64,000 nucleotides of DNA. Origin: an uncultured bacterium (GTDB taxonomy: Bacteria; Oederibacteriota; JAAXVQ01; JAUVAV01). Location of the stretch: assembly GCA_963710755.1 (NCBI GenBank), contig CAVQBK010000003.1, forward strand, positions 736,001-800,000, given 5' to 3'. The position numbers were made by a program, and so were the translations under genes. This document shows, in pieces, positions 19,298 through 29,096 of the stretch (its first letter is position 1; every line of letters begins with the position of its first letter). The notes under the pieces were generated by a model. The model did no database searches, had not been told where the DNA came from, and worked only from the letters and a program-made list of their open reading frames with translations.

Positions 19298-19447
19298 TTG
19301 AAGTCGGGCACAGACCTTGCGGTGAGGCGTTTGGACCATGGATTATGGGCACTGAGGACCCGAGAAGGTAAAGGTGCAAGTAGGGTTCTGTTCCACGGTG
19401 CCGGTGCAGAAATCATTTTGAAATTTAAGGCAATTCTAATATTCTGA
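19298..19447 (+). pseudogene. Possible remnant of a RelE/ParE-like (Gp49/DUF891-type) toxin
   Basis: LKSGTDLAVRRLDHGLWALRTREGKGASRVLF resembles the ..L.DGLWELR....G..RV.F pattern; preceded by an in-frame TAG; no antitoxin gene nearby. Confidence 0.35.
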
Positions 19448-19472
19448 CCCCCCTGACCGTGGAGCATGCGGC

Positions 19473-19501
19473 TTGACAAAAAAAATTAAGGCTTTTATAA
19501 T
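19473..19501 (+). promoter_or_regulatory. sigma70 promoter of the rpoN operon
   Basis: Perfect TTGACA-N17-TATAAT. Confidence 0.85.
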
Positions 19502-19564
19502 TTCAACTTGGCCTGCCGCTCGTTTGCCCGGCAAGAGCGGTTACAACAATGGAAAGCAGTCTCA

Positions 19565-21019
19565 ATGTCCCCAAAATTGGAAACCAAAATAAAAACCGAT
19601 ATTACGGTCACCATGACCCAGCAGTTGATGCAGGCCTTGCAGATCTTACAACTCAATACTGTCGAGCTTTCCAATAAAATTCAGGATGAACTGGCCTCCA
19701 ATCCCATGCTGGTGGAAAAGGAAGATCAGGACCAGGCTGATCTCCATCCTGCCACCGAAGACCCGCCCCCGCCGGCCGGACCTGAGGAAGCCACAGCCGA
19801 CGTTACTATTGATGATAAAGGGTTAAGCGCCCAAGGCGTGGATAATGAGGGGTGGGAGATGTTTTTTCCTGACGATGATTTTATTCCGCCCCGCTTTGAC
19901 CGCGAACAATACACGGAATATCGCCAGCCCCAGATTGCCTATCAGCCTACGCTGGAGGATAATCTGCTTTGGCAGCTGACCATGGCTGACGTAACCGATG
20001 AAGAGTATGCCATTGGCGAAATCATTATCGGCAACTTGAATGATCACGGCTTTTTAACGGTCCCTCTGGAAGAGATTGCTCAACAGGCCCATGCTAGCCT
20101 GGAAGATGTGGAGCATGTGCTGGCCTTGGTGCAGACCATGGATCCCATGGGGATTGCCGCTAAAAATGTGGTGGAATGTCTGCTTATCCAGCTTCAAAAT
20201 TTGCCCAGCCGCAATGCTCTGGCGGAAAAAATAGTAGCCCAGCACTTTGGGTTGCTGGAAAAACGGCAGCTCGATCAAATCGCCAAATTGTTAAAAGTCA
20301 GCCGGGAAGAGATCATTCAAGCCGATAAACTCATTGCCAGTCTGGACCCCTACCCCGGCCGGCGTTTTGCCAATCCTGCGGTGCAATATGTGGTACCCGA
20401 TGCCATTATTGAAAAACACGATGATCAGTATATCATTATCATTAATGATGACTCTTTCCCCATGCTGGGCATCAGCCGAAAATATCAACGGCTGCTAAAA
20501 AGTCGTGATCACCAATTAACGGATCAGGAAAAACAGTTTTTACGGGAAAAACGCAGCCAGGCTAAAAATTTGATCGAAAGTATTGAGAAACGGCGTAAAA
20601 CCTATTACCGTGTGATCGAAGCCATTATTAAATTCCAACAGGATTTTTTTGACAAAGGCATTGAATACCTTAAACCTTTGCGGCTCAAGGAAGTGGCTGA
20701 GGAGATCGGCAAACATGAGTCCACGGTTTCGCGGGTGACCAATGGCAAGTATGTGCAAACGCCGCGGGGATTGTACGAGTTGAAATATTTTTTCAGCAGC
20801 CATATCGGGACAGCTGACGGCGGCCAGATTTCCTCCACCAGTGTCAAGGCCGCCCTGCAGGAACTGATCGCCGATGAAGATAAAAAAAAGCCGCTTAGTG
20901 ACCAAAAATTAATGGAGCTGCTGACAAAAAAAGGGTTTGATATTAAGCGGCGCACAGTGGCAAAATATCGGGAAGAAATGAACGTTTCACCTGCAGGCAG
21001 AAGAAAGATATTGGCTTAA
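19565..21019 (+). CDS. rpoN: RNA polymerase sigma-54 factor
   Basis: Q-rich region I, HESTVSR, TPRG..ELKYFFS, PLSD and the RpoN box RRTVAKYRE. Confidence 0.98.
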   Translation: MSPKLETKIKTDITVTMTQQLMQALQILQLNTVELSNKIQDELASNPMLVEKEDQDQADLHPATEDPPPPAGPEEATADVTIDDKGLSAQGVDNEGWEMFFPDDDFIPPRFDREQYTEYRQPQIAYQPTLEDNLLWQLTMADVTDEEYAIGEIIIGNLNDHGFLTVPLEEIAQQAHASLEDVEHVLALVQTMDPMGIAAKNVVECLLIQLQNLPSRNALAEKIVAQHFGLLEKRQLDQIAKLLKVSREEIIQADKLIASLDPYPGRRFANPAVQYVVPDAIIEKHDDQYIIIINDDSFPMLGISRKYQRLLKSRDHQLTDQEKQFLREKRSQAKNLIESIEKRRKTYYRVIEAIIKFQQDFFDKGIEYLKPLRLKEVAEEIGKHESTVSRVTNGKYVQTPRGLYELKYFFSSHIGTADGGQISSTSVKAALQELIADEDKKKPLSDQKLMELLTKKGFDIKRRTVAKYREEMNVSPAGRRKILA

Positions 21020-21045
21020 AAAAACAAGATTCCTTGAATTTGCAC

Positions 21046-21074
21046 TTGCATCCGACCGCCGGAAGGCCTATACT
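21046..21074 (+). promoter_or_regulatory. Candidate internal sigma70 promoter for hpf
   Basis: TTGCAT-N17-TATACT, followed by an aggagg RBS. Confidence 0.6.
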
Positions 21075-21106
21075 CGACGGGTTAAATTCAACCAGGAGGT
21101 TGTCAC

Positions 21107-21637
21107 TTGAAACTAACCATTACCGGACGTAATATTGAAATTACCCGGGCACACCGAACCTATATTCGCAAGCGTTTTGAAAAATGGAACACTTTTTTAA
21201 ATAGCGTTACCATGGTGCATGTGATCCTGTCGGTTGAGGGCTACCGCCATACCGCGGAAGTGACCTCCAAGGATAAACATTACAGTATCAATGCCAAAAC
21301 CACTACCAAAGATATGTACCAATCCATTGACCTGCTAGCTGAAAAGATTACCCACCAACTCACCAAACAACATGATAAATTGATTAATAAAGATGCTGCC
21401 AGCCGCAGCCGCGAAAAAAGAAGCCTAACGACCTCGGCCGGCGGACCCAGAGAAGCAGCTCATCCGTCTTTAATAGTGGATTACTTCACCGGCAAGCCTA
21501 TGTCCATAGAAGAAGCCCTGTTACAACTGCAAAACAGCCGTAAACCTTTCCTGGTTTTTGAAGACGCGGAGAACGGACAGTTGGCTGTTTTAAGCAAAGA
21601 GAAGAACAATAAGATAAAATTAACCATCAAAGAATAA
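21107..21637 (+). CDS. hpf: Ribosome hibernation promoting factor (long HPF/RaiA)
   Basis: ITGRNIEIT, DMYQSID and C-terminal KPMSIEEALLQL..FLVF; lies downstream of rpoN. Confidence 0.93.
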   Translation: MKLTITGRNIEITRAHRTYIRKRFEKWNTFLNSVTMVHVILSVEGYRHTAEVTSKDKHYSINAKTTTKDMYQSIDLLAEKITHQLTKQHDKLINKDAASRSREKRSLTTSAGGPREAAHPSLIVDYFTGKPMSIEEALLQLQNSRKPFLVFEDAENGQLAVLSKEKNNKIKLTIKE

Positions 21638-21766
21638 GATGGCGTGTGCTATGTTGGCCGCTATTTTATTCCGAGCTGAATTTTAATATGCTTCATCTCC
21701 GCAGCCAGCTGTTGGAGATCAGCGGAATAAGCGCTTAGTTAGTATCGCAAGAGGAGGCTGTAAGGA

Positions 21767-22231
21767 ATGCGAATTATGGATTTTTTATCGGAAAAAAACA
21801 TCAATGTGGATTTGAAGGCAAAAAACAAAAAGGAAGTTATTGAAGAATTGGTGGATTTGCTGGTTGCAGGTGGCCATGTCACTGATAAGAAAAAAATGGT
21901 TCAGATACTTTTAGAACGGGAAGAACTGGGCAGTACCGGCATCGGCCAGGGCATTGCCATTCCCCATGGCAAGTCGGACAGTGTCAAAGAATTAACTGCA
22001 GCTTTTGGTCTTTCCAAAGCGGGGGTATCCTTTGAAGCCTTGGACGGTGAACCGGTCTTTATTTTCTTTTTATTGGTGGCCCCCGAAGGTACAGCCGGTG
22101 CTCACTTAAAAGCCTTGGCCCGTATTTCGGGTTTATTAAAAGACAAGTATATTCGTAAAAAACTGATCTCAGCCCAAACCACCGAGGAAGTGGTAAAAAT
22201 TATTCAAGAAGAAGAAAAAGCCACTCATTAA
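21767..22231 (+). CDS. ptsN: PTS EIIA (Ntr/fructose type)
   Basis: REELGSTGIG.GIAIPH, ALDGEPV and HLKALARIS motifs. Confidence 0.92.
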   Translation: MRIMDFLSEKNINVDLKAKNKKEVIEELVDLLVAGGHVTDKKKMVQILLEREELGSTGIGQGIAIPHGKSDSVKELTAAFGLSKAGVSFEALDGEPVFIFFLLVAPEGTAGAHLKALARISGLLKDKYIRKKLISAQTTEEVVKIIQEEEKATH

Positions 22232-22447
22232 GCATGCAGTGGCGCTCTGGTGATCAATGACCTGCCTGCGGTGGTAGGGAAGTGTTTTTTGATCATGGTC
22301 ACAGCGGGTTTCCTCCCCAGCTTGGCAAAGCATCAACCCCTCCGGAGAAAGGACGTTGCAGCATTGATGAAGACAAGACTGATGTTTATGGCTTACTTCT
22401 TAGTTCATCATACGCCCTATTCCGAAAGCCTGGCTGTTGGCTGACCA

Positions 22448-23386
22448 ATGATTAATTTACTGGTCGAAGAGTTTTATCTGGAAGAAAAGAAGAAATTGTC
22501 GCTGGAATTGGCAGCGGGCCGGGAAGGTCTTACCCGGAAAATTACTGTGCCTGATATTAATCGGCCGGGGTTGGCCTTGGCCGGTTATTTTGATTATTTT
22601 GCTTTTGAGCGCATTCAGGTTTTGGGGCGGACCGAACTATCCTTTTTAAAAGGCGTGGGCCGTCAGCAGACCAAGGCGATTTTTGAAAAATTGTTGCAGT
22701 GGGAAGTATGCTGTTTCATCATCACCCAGGGGATGGAACCGCCCGAGGAACTGCTGGAAGCCAGTGAAGGTAAAGACGTCCCTATCTTTAAATCCCTTAT
22801 GCCTACCACCAAATTAATCGCTGATTTAACCATTTATCTGGAGGATAAGCTTGCTCCGGAGACCTCCCTGCATGGCACCTTGGTGGATGTTTACGGTATT
22901 GGCGTGCTCATCCTGGGAAAAAGCGGCATCGGTAAGAGTGAATGTGCCCTGGACCTGGTGGAACGGGGGCATCGGCTGGTGGCTGATGATCTGGTGGACA
23001 TCAAACGCACGGCTGAACGCATTCTTATGGGATCGGGGCCGGAATTAATTCGTCACCATATGGAAATCCGCGGTCTCGGCATTATCAATATTAAAAATCT
23101 GTTCGGTATCGGTGCTATTCGCGACCGCAAACGGGTGGAGTTGGTGACCACCATTGAAGAATGGGATGAAGGCAAAGAATACGATCGCTTGGGACTGGAT
23201 GAATTGACCTATTCCATCTTGGACATCGATCTGCCCCGCATCATCATTCCCGTCAGGCCGGGCCGGAATCTTTCCATTATTATTGAAGTAGCCGCCATGA
23301 ACCAGCGTTTGAAAAAAAGTGGTTATCATACGGCTAAAGAATTTAACAAAACCTTGATTTCCTGGATGCAAAACGATGACCACTAA
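22448..23386 (+). CDS. hprK: HPr kinase/phosphorylase
   Basis: GKSGIGKSE.AL.L..RGHRLVADD, EIRGLGII and PVRPGRN motifs. Confidence 0.98.
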   Translation: MINLLVEEFYLEEKKKLSLELAAGREGLTRKITVPDINRPGLALAGYFDYFAFERIQVLGRTELSFLKGVGRQQTKAIFEKLLQWEVCCFIITQGMEPPEELLEASEGKDVPIFKSLMPTTKLIADLTIYLEDKLAPETSLHGTLVDVYGIGVLILGKSGIGKSECALDLVERGHRLVADDLVDIKRTAERILMGSGPELIRHHMEIRGLGIINIKNLFGIGAIRDRKRVELVTTIEEWDEGKEYDRLGLDELTYSILDIDLPRIIIPVRPGRNLSIIIEVAAMNQRLKKSGYHTAKEFNKTLISWMQNDDH

Positions 23387-24284
23387 AGTTGACCGGGGTG
23401 TTAACAGCCATGAACCCCTGGTATTGATCATCACCGGTTTATCGGGTGCGGGCAAGCATCAGGTATTGTATCAGTTGGAAGATCTGGGTTTTTTCTGCAT
23501 AGATAATTTGCCGGCCTTTCTCATTGAGCCTACCTTGGGTGCACTGCAAGGAACGACCATGATCTATCCCAGACTGGCCATTGGGGTGGACGTGCGCACC
23601 CGGACCTTTCACCCTGCCTTGCAAAAAGCGCTAAGGACGTTCAAGCAAGAAGAACAAAAACATAAAATCATCTTTTTGGAAGCCAAGGCAGAAGAGTTGG
23701 TCAGGCGTTTTGCCGAGACCCGCCGGCCTCACCCCCTGGATGAAAAGAAGCCTCTCAGTGCCCGCATTCACCAGGAAATTAAAATGCTCGGTTGGCTGCG
23801 GGCACAAGCGGACTTGATTGTTGACTCCACCCACCTTACTCCGCCTGAGCTGCGACGCCAACTACTGCAGTGGCTGGGCCAGGAAAAAGCGGGGTTGCAA
23901 GTCATGCTCAGCAGTTTTGGCTTTAAATATGGCCTGCCCCAGGAGGCGGACATGATTTTTGATGTACGTTTTCTACCCAATCCCTTTTACAAACCCGCCT
24001 TGAAAAAACTGAACGGCCTGGACGCCAAGGTTAGACGTTTTGTGTTGGGGTCACCTCTGGCGCAGACGAGCCTGGACCATATGGTGTCCCTGATAAACAG
24101 TATCCAGGACGGGTTTGTGAGGGAAGGCAAACTGCAGCTGCACTTGGCTATTGGTTGTACCGGCGGTCAGCATCGTTCCGTGGTCATGACCGAAGCACTT
24201 GGCAAAAAAATGGCCAATGTCACCATGATTTACCACCGGGAATTGCAGGCTCCCTCCGGTATGGGTGCGGGCATGAAACGGTGA
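23376..24284 (+). CDS. rapZ: RNase adapter RapZ/YvcJ
   Basis: ITGLSGAGK, IDNLP, TRRPHPL, SFGFKYG, DVRFLPNP and IGCTGGQHRSV motifs. Confidence 0.96.
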   Translation: MTTKVDRGVNSHEPLVLIITGLSGAGKHQVLYQLEDLGFFCIDNLPAFLIEPTLGALQGTTMIYPRLAIGVDVRTRTFHPALQKALRTFKQEEQKHKIIFLEAKAEELVRRFAETRRPHPLDEKKPLSARIHQEIKMLGWLRAQADLIVDSTHLTPPELRRQLLQWLGQEKAGLQVMLSSFGFKYGLPQEADMIFDVRFLPNPFYKPALKKLNGLDAKVRRFVLGSPLAQTSLDHMVSLINSIQDGFVREGKLQLHLAIGCTGGQHRSVVMTEALGKKMANVTMIYHRELQAPSGMGAGMKR

Positions 24285-24355
24285 CGTATTAGATTATCCT
24301 GCAATGAATTGCGGGGCATTCGCGAGGACGTATTAAAGCGAGAAAAAGGAATGTC

Positions 24356-25684
24356 ATGGACTCTAAACACTCCTCCACACCCCAGGAAAAACGCTGGGAT
24401 AACCGGGTGCGCTGGCGTTGGTTTTATCCTGGTGTAAGGTTAAAACGGTGGCTGATTCTGTTGTTATTATCGGCCATTGTGTTCGGCGTGGGCTTGTCCG
24501 GAATGATGGGGCAAACCTTCAGTAATTTCGAGGTTAAGGTGATCGACGTCAGGCCCTTGGCCAAAAAAATCCAGAGTTTGCGGGCCATCGATTTTCTTTT
24601 GTTTGCAGCCGGCATTGCGGGGGTTATCCTGGCTATCCGGCGGGGATTATATTCCGTATTGACCGTGGTGATGCCGGCTCAAACCAAGGATTATCCGTCC
24701 ATGGCGTTGGAACGATTGCGCTTAAAACGAGGTCCCAAAATTGTGGCCATTGGCGGCGGAACCGGCCTGCCGGCCCTATTGGGCGGACTCAAGCAATACA
24801 CCTCCAATATCTCCGCCATTGTGACCATGGCCGATGACGGCGGCAGTTCCGGTCGTCTGCGCCGCGAATATCAGGTCCTGCCTCCCGGCGATTTACGTAA
24901 CTGCCTGATTGCCCTGGCGGAAACCAGTCCGCTCATGAACCAATTGTTCCAGCACCGCTTTAAGGGCGAAGGCGGAGGTATTGAAGGACACTCGTTTGGC
25001 AATCTGTTTATCACCGCGCTGGGGGAGATTACCGGGGACTTTGCCGCTGGGGTAAAAGCGGCCAGCCAGGTCTTGGCCGTCAGTGGACGGGTGCTGCCGG
25101 TCACCGTAGATCCGGTGGGATTGGAAGCTGAATTACAAAACGGCACTATTGTTACCGGAGAATCCACCATTGGCAAGGTCAGTCAGCCCATCCAGCGCCT
25201 GCGTCTGGTACCGGCTCATGTTAAACCGGCACCGGAAACCAGGGAAGCCATTGCCGAAGCCGATGCCATTGTGATCGGGCCGGGCAGTCTTTATACCAGT
25301 ATTCTGCCCAACTTATTGGTGGATGGCATTGCCGATGAAATTGCCGCCTCCCGGGCGGTCAAGATCTATGTCTGCAATGTTATGACCCAGCCGGGCGAGA
25401 CCGACAATATGGGGGCGGCCGATCATGTGGATGTCATCCGTCGCCATACCCGGGACGACTTGATCCATTATGTGATTGTCAATAGCGAACTGCCGGGACC
25501 GGAGTTGTTGCAACGCTACGAAAAAATGAATGCCCATCCCATTATGGTTAAAAACGATGATTTAACCAAATTTGATGAATGGAATATCACCTTAATCAAG
25601 AGCCGGTTGGCTGTAAGCCAGGATTATTTTCGTCATGATCCTCGGCGCTTGGCGCGGGTTATTCTTAAATTAATTGTCATTTAG
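24356..25684 (+). CDS. yvcK: YvcK/GlmR UDP-GlcNAc-binding protein with N-terminal membrane domain
   Basis: IGGGTGL, DDGGSSG, PPGD.RN, GHSFGNL, GPGSLYTS, NVMTQPGET and RHD motifs. Confidence 0.95.
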   Translation: MDSKHSSTPQEKRWDNRVRWRWFYPGVRLKRWLILLLLSAIVFGVGLSGMMGQTFSNFEVKVIDVRPLAKKIQSLRAIDFLLFAAGIAGVILAIRRGLYSVLTVVMPAQTKDYPSMALERLRLKRGPKIVAIGGGTGLPALLGGLKQYTSNISAIVTMADDGGSSGRLRREYQVLPPGDLRNCLIALAETSPLMNQLFQHRFKGEGGGIEGHSFGNLFITALGEITGDFAAGVKAASQVLAVSGRVLPVTVDPVGLEAELQNGTIVTGESTIGKVSQPIQRLRLVPAHVKPAPETREAIAEADAIVIGPGSLYTSILPNLLVDGIADEIAASRAVKIYVCNVMTQPGETDNMGAADHVDVIRRHTRDDLIHYVIVNSELPGPELLQRYEKMNAHPIMVKNDDLTKFDEWNITLIKSRLAVSQDYFRHDPRRLARVILKLIVI

Positions 25685-26107
25685 AATCGGTGTCTCCAAA
25701 AGCTACTTTTCTTGCGCAGATAATTATTTTTCCCTCCTTGGATAGGGGGCTAGAGAGATTTTCGGAATGGTCAATGTGGTGGACTCAAACCATGTTACGC
25801 TAATAGCATGACGTTGTCTCGCCATCCGAAAATCCATCTCTTTTCTTCCTTTCCAAGGAAGACGATCAATGGTGGTTTAATGTCAAGCGACCATTGATCA
25901 TGCCATAACCATGTTCATTCCGGCCTCGCCGGTTTAGATCCCAAGTCTGCGCGATCTGCGTTTTTTGCTTTGTGACCTTCGTAACTTCTCTCCTCAAGTT
26001 CCGGTTGGGGGACAACAGAAGGTGTTCTTACCTACAGGACATTTTAATTCCTACTTTACAAAAGGCAATGATTATGTCAATTTTAAACAAATCCCTGAAT
26101 GAGGTAC

Positions 26108-26524
26108 ATGGCCGTGATACAAATCGTGGTAACAACTCATGGCGCTCTGGCAAGAGAATTGGTCAAGACCGCTCAAATGGTGGTGGGGGACCAGCAGGAT
26201 TTGGCTGCTATTGGGCTGGAAACGCATGAAGGGATTGAAGATTTAAAACGAAAAATCACCTCTTTATTAAAACCAGTAGTTCATGAAGAAGATGGATGCC
26301 TGATGTTGGTGGATATGTTTGGGGGGACGCCCAGTAATGTCAGCCTGATGCTGGCCCAGGATTATCCAATTCAGGTGGTGGCGGGCGTCAACTTACCCAT
26401 GGTCATTGAAGCGCTTACCCATCGGGCGGTGATGAGCCTCAAGAATTTGGCGGTTTTTGTGCAAGAAAAAGGGCAGCGAAATATTATCCATGCCAATCCG
26501 CTTTTGGAACGTAAAAATTCCTAG
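26108..26524 (+). CDS. PTS mannose/fructose/sorbose-family EIIA
   Basis: VVTTHG, DMFGGTPSN and GVNLPM motifs. Confidence 0.93.
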   Translation: MAVIQIVVTTHGALARELVKTAQMVVGDQQDLAAIGLETHEGIEDLKRKITSLLKPVVHEEDGCLMLVDMFGGTPSNVSLMLAQDYPIQVVAGVNLPMVIEALTHRAVMSLKNLAVFVQEKGQRNIIHANPLLERKNS

Positions 26525-26662
26525 GATCACAGGGCCGTCGGCTGCAGGCCGTCCATATTCAGCCTAAATTTGGATTACCGCAATGAATTATCAACTTTGG
26601 TTGAATGCATGGGGTTTAGGCCAACCAGGCCTGACCACGACATTAACCGCAAAGGACAGGGC

Positions 26663-27148
26663 ATGACCGTTGACATTGGATTGATTCGTATTGATGACCG
26701 CCTGATGCATGGTCAAGTGGCGGTAGGCTGGACCAAAGTGATACACCCTGATCATATTATCATTGCCAATGATGCGGCCAGCCATGATCCGGTCCAAAAA
26801 AGCTTGCTGGAAATGGCCTCCCCGCCTCAGTACGGCCTTACCATTTGCGAAACTGAAAAAGTCGCCGAAATCTGCGCTCTGCCATCCTTGGACCATAAGC
26901 GGTTGATTATTTTATTTGCCTCGGTCCAAGATGTGCTAAAGGCCGTGGACCATGGCTTGCTGGCCAGGACTATTAATGTGGGCGGCCTGCGCTACAGTTC
27001 GGGCAAAACCCAGATCCGACAGGCTGTGGCCATTGATAAACACGATATCGGCGATTTTAAAAAATTGTTGGCCAAAGGCATTAAAATCAATATTCAAATG
27101 GTGCCTACCGATGAATCGATACCCATTGGGCAGTATATCAAGGACTGA
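26663..27148 (+). CDS. PTS mannose/sorbose-family EIIB
   Basis: RIDDRLMHGQV..W, INVGG and QMVP motifs. Confidence 0.93.
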   Translation: MTVDIGLIRIDDRLMHGQVAVGWTKVIHPDHIIIANDAASHDPVQKSLLEMASPPQYGLTICETEKVAEICALPSLDHKRLIILFASVQDVLKAVDHGLLARTINVGGLRYSSGKTQIRQAVAIDKHDIGDFKKLLAKGIKINIQMVPTDESIPIGQYIKD

Positions 27149-27223
27149 ACTGTTACAGCAGGCATGGTTTCCTTGCTTTAGCACCTGACCCATGACCTGC
27201 CAAATGCAAGGAGGCTTTTAAGG

Positions 27224-27985
27224 GTGGATTACGCCATTGGCTTAGCACTATTGGGAGCGCTCATTGCTTTGGACAATGCCATGTGGGGGCAGTTTATGAT
27301 TGCACAGCCCCTGGTTTCAGGCAGTTTGTTCGGGCTTATTGCCGGGGATGTACAATCAGGCATCCTGGTGGGGGCCACGGTGCAACTGCTCTGGATTGGC
27401 GTGCTACCGGTGGGTGCGTTTATCCCTTCCGACCATAGCGTCACCGGCAGCTTGACAGTCATACTGGCGTTATTTTTAGTGAAAGCGGCGGCCCTGAGTC
27501 TGGGCGAGGCTACGGTATTAGCCCTGGCCGCCTCCATTCCGGCCGGTTATCTCTCGGGCAAACTGGATATCTTGGTACGACAGCTCAACAGTGAATGGAA
27601 TGGGCCGGTGGAGAGGGCACTGGAAAAGTCCTCCGGCAAGCCCATCGTGTGGGCTGCTTGGGCCGGCTTGGGCGCAGCGTTTCTGAGAAATTTTCTTATT
27701 TACATTTTATGGCTGACCGTGGGAGCAGTTTTGCTGGCGGCCATGGCCAAAGGCTTATCTCCGGCTGTCCGGCACGCGTTGGAAATGGTGTTTTGGATGC
27801 TACCGGCCGTTGCCTTGGCGGTCGTGATTGAAGCGGTTATGAAGGAGCGGCTGCTGTGGTGGGTTATGGGAGCCATGACCGTGTCGCTTCCCTTGGCTTT
27901 GCTTTTTTTCCATCACTTGTTTGCTTTATTGATTATTGTGATGGTCATGGCCACGGCCGTGGCGGTCAGGCGGCGCACATGGTAA
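27224..27985 (+). CDS. PTS mannose-family EIIC
   Basis: QFMIAQPLV.G...G...GD...G..VG...QL..IG..PVGA.IP; multiple TM helices. Confidence 0.9.
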   Translation: MDYAIGLALLGALIALDNAMWGQFMIAQPLVSGSLFGLIAGDVQSGILVGATVQLLWIGVLPVGAFIPSDHSVTGSLTVILALFLVKAAALSLGEATVLALAASIPAGYLSGKLDILVRQLNSEWNGPVERALEKSSGKPIVWAAWAGLGAAFLRNFLIYILWLTVGAVLLAAMAKGLSPAVRHALEMVFWMLPAVALAVVIEAVMKERLLWWVMGAMTVSLPLALLFFHHLFALLIIVMVMATAVAVRRRTW

Positions 27986-28779
27986 ACAAAGCCACCTCCC
28001 TGCTTTCTCGCGGAACCCTGCTCAAGGTGGTCCTGCGTTCTTTTTGGATTCAGAGTTGTTGGAACTTTCGCGGCATGCAGAATATGGGATTTGCATTTGC
28101 GATGGGCCCGGTGATCAAAGCATTATATTTGGCTAATAAAGAGCGGGCCCAGGCTCTTAAACGACATATTGAATTTTTTAATACCCATCCTTATTGCACG
28201 GCCATCATATTGGGGGTGGTGGCCCAGATGGAAGAGGACGGACGCCAGCATCACACTCTGTCAGGCGAGGACATCAGCCGCATTAAAACCGGCATGATGG
28301 GCCCCTTGGCGGCTTTGGGAGATACGGTTTTCTGGGCCAGTTTAAAACCAGCACTGGCCTTGGGCGCCGTGGCCCTGGTACTCACATCCAGGCAGCAGGC
28401 GCTCTGGCAGGATTTGATGGGCGTGGGGGTTTTCTTTGTCCTATACTCAATACCCCATCTGAGTCTGCGGCTAGGCGGAGTGTTTTGGGGGTACCGCCGC
28501 GGACTCATGATCGTTCAGGATTTGCGCAAATTTAATCCCCAATTAATTGCCCGGCGCCTGACCTTTTTTCTGGCCATCGTGAGTGGTGCTTTAATAGTGA
28601 TCTATCCGCTGAGTACGGTAACCTTGGGTATGCAGGAGGCCCTTTTGCCTATCCTGGTATTTCCGGCACTGACGGCGGTGTTTGTTTTGGCGCTGCGACG
28701 CGGTCTCTCGGTGGCGTGGTTGCTCTATACCTTAATCCTGATCGTGCTCCTGTTGGCATGGGCAGGATGGTTAACATGA
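27979..28779 (+). CDS. PTS mannose-family EIID
   Basis: Q.CWNF.GMQN.GF, RH.EFFNTHP and MGPLAALGD..FW motifs. Confidence 0.93.
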   Translation: MVNKATSLLSRGTLLKVVLRSFWIQSCWNFRGMQNMGFAFAMGPVIKALYLANKERAQALKRHIEFFNTHPYCTAIILGVVAQMEEDGRQHHTLSGEDISRIKTGMMGPLAALGDTVFWASLKPALALGAVALVLTSRQQALWQDLMGVGVFFVLYSIPHLSLRLGGVFWGYRRGLMIVQDLRKFNPQLIARRLTFFLAIVSGALIVIYPLSTVTLGMQEALLPILVFPALTAVFVLALRRGLSVAWLLYTLILIVLLLAWAGWLT

Positions 28780-28799
28780 AACGGTGGTGATGGTGAGCC

Positions 28800-29069
28800 A
28801 TGCTTGAAACGGAAGTTAAGATACAGAACAAACTGGGCATGCATTTGCGGGCGGCCGCAATATTTATTGAGACCGCCAACAAGTTTCAATGTGATGTGTT
28901 CCTGCGCAAGGACGACCGTGAAGTCAATGCCAAGAGTATCATGGGCTTGATGACGCTGGGGGCGGCCTATGGCGCCACGGTGACCATTGTTACTCAAGGC
29001 CAGGATGAAGGGCCGGCTCAGGAAAGTTTGGTCAAAGTGATCGAAAATAAGTTTGGAGAAAAAGAATAG
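28800..29069 (+). CDS. ptsH: Phosphocarrier HPr
   Basis: NKLGMHLRAA (His15) and NAKSIMG (Ser46). Confidence 0.96.
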   Translation: MLETEVKIQNKLGMHLRAAAIFIETANKFQCDVFLRKDDREVNAKSIMGLMTLGAAYGATVTIVTQGQDEGPAQESLVKVIENKFGEKE

Positions 29070-29096
29070 TGTTTTGTCCCGGGAAGGAGTGCCGTT

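Noticed and set aside
19352-19375. Hammerhead ribozyme core (CTGAGGA)
   Set aside because: No properly placed stem II followed by GAAA.
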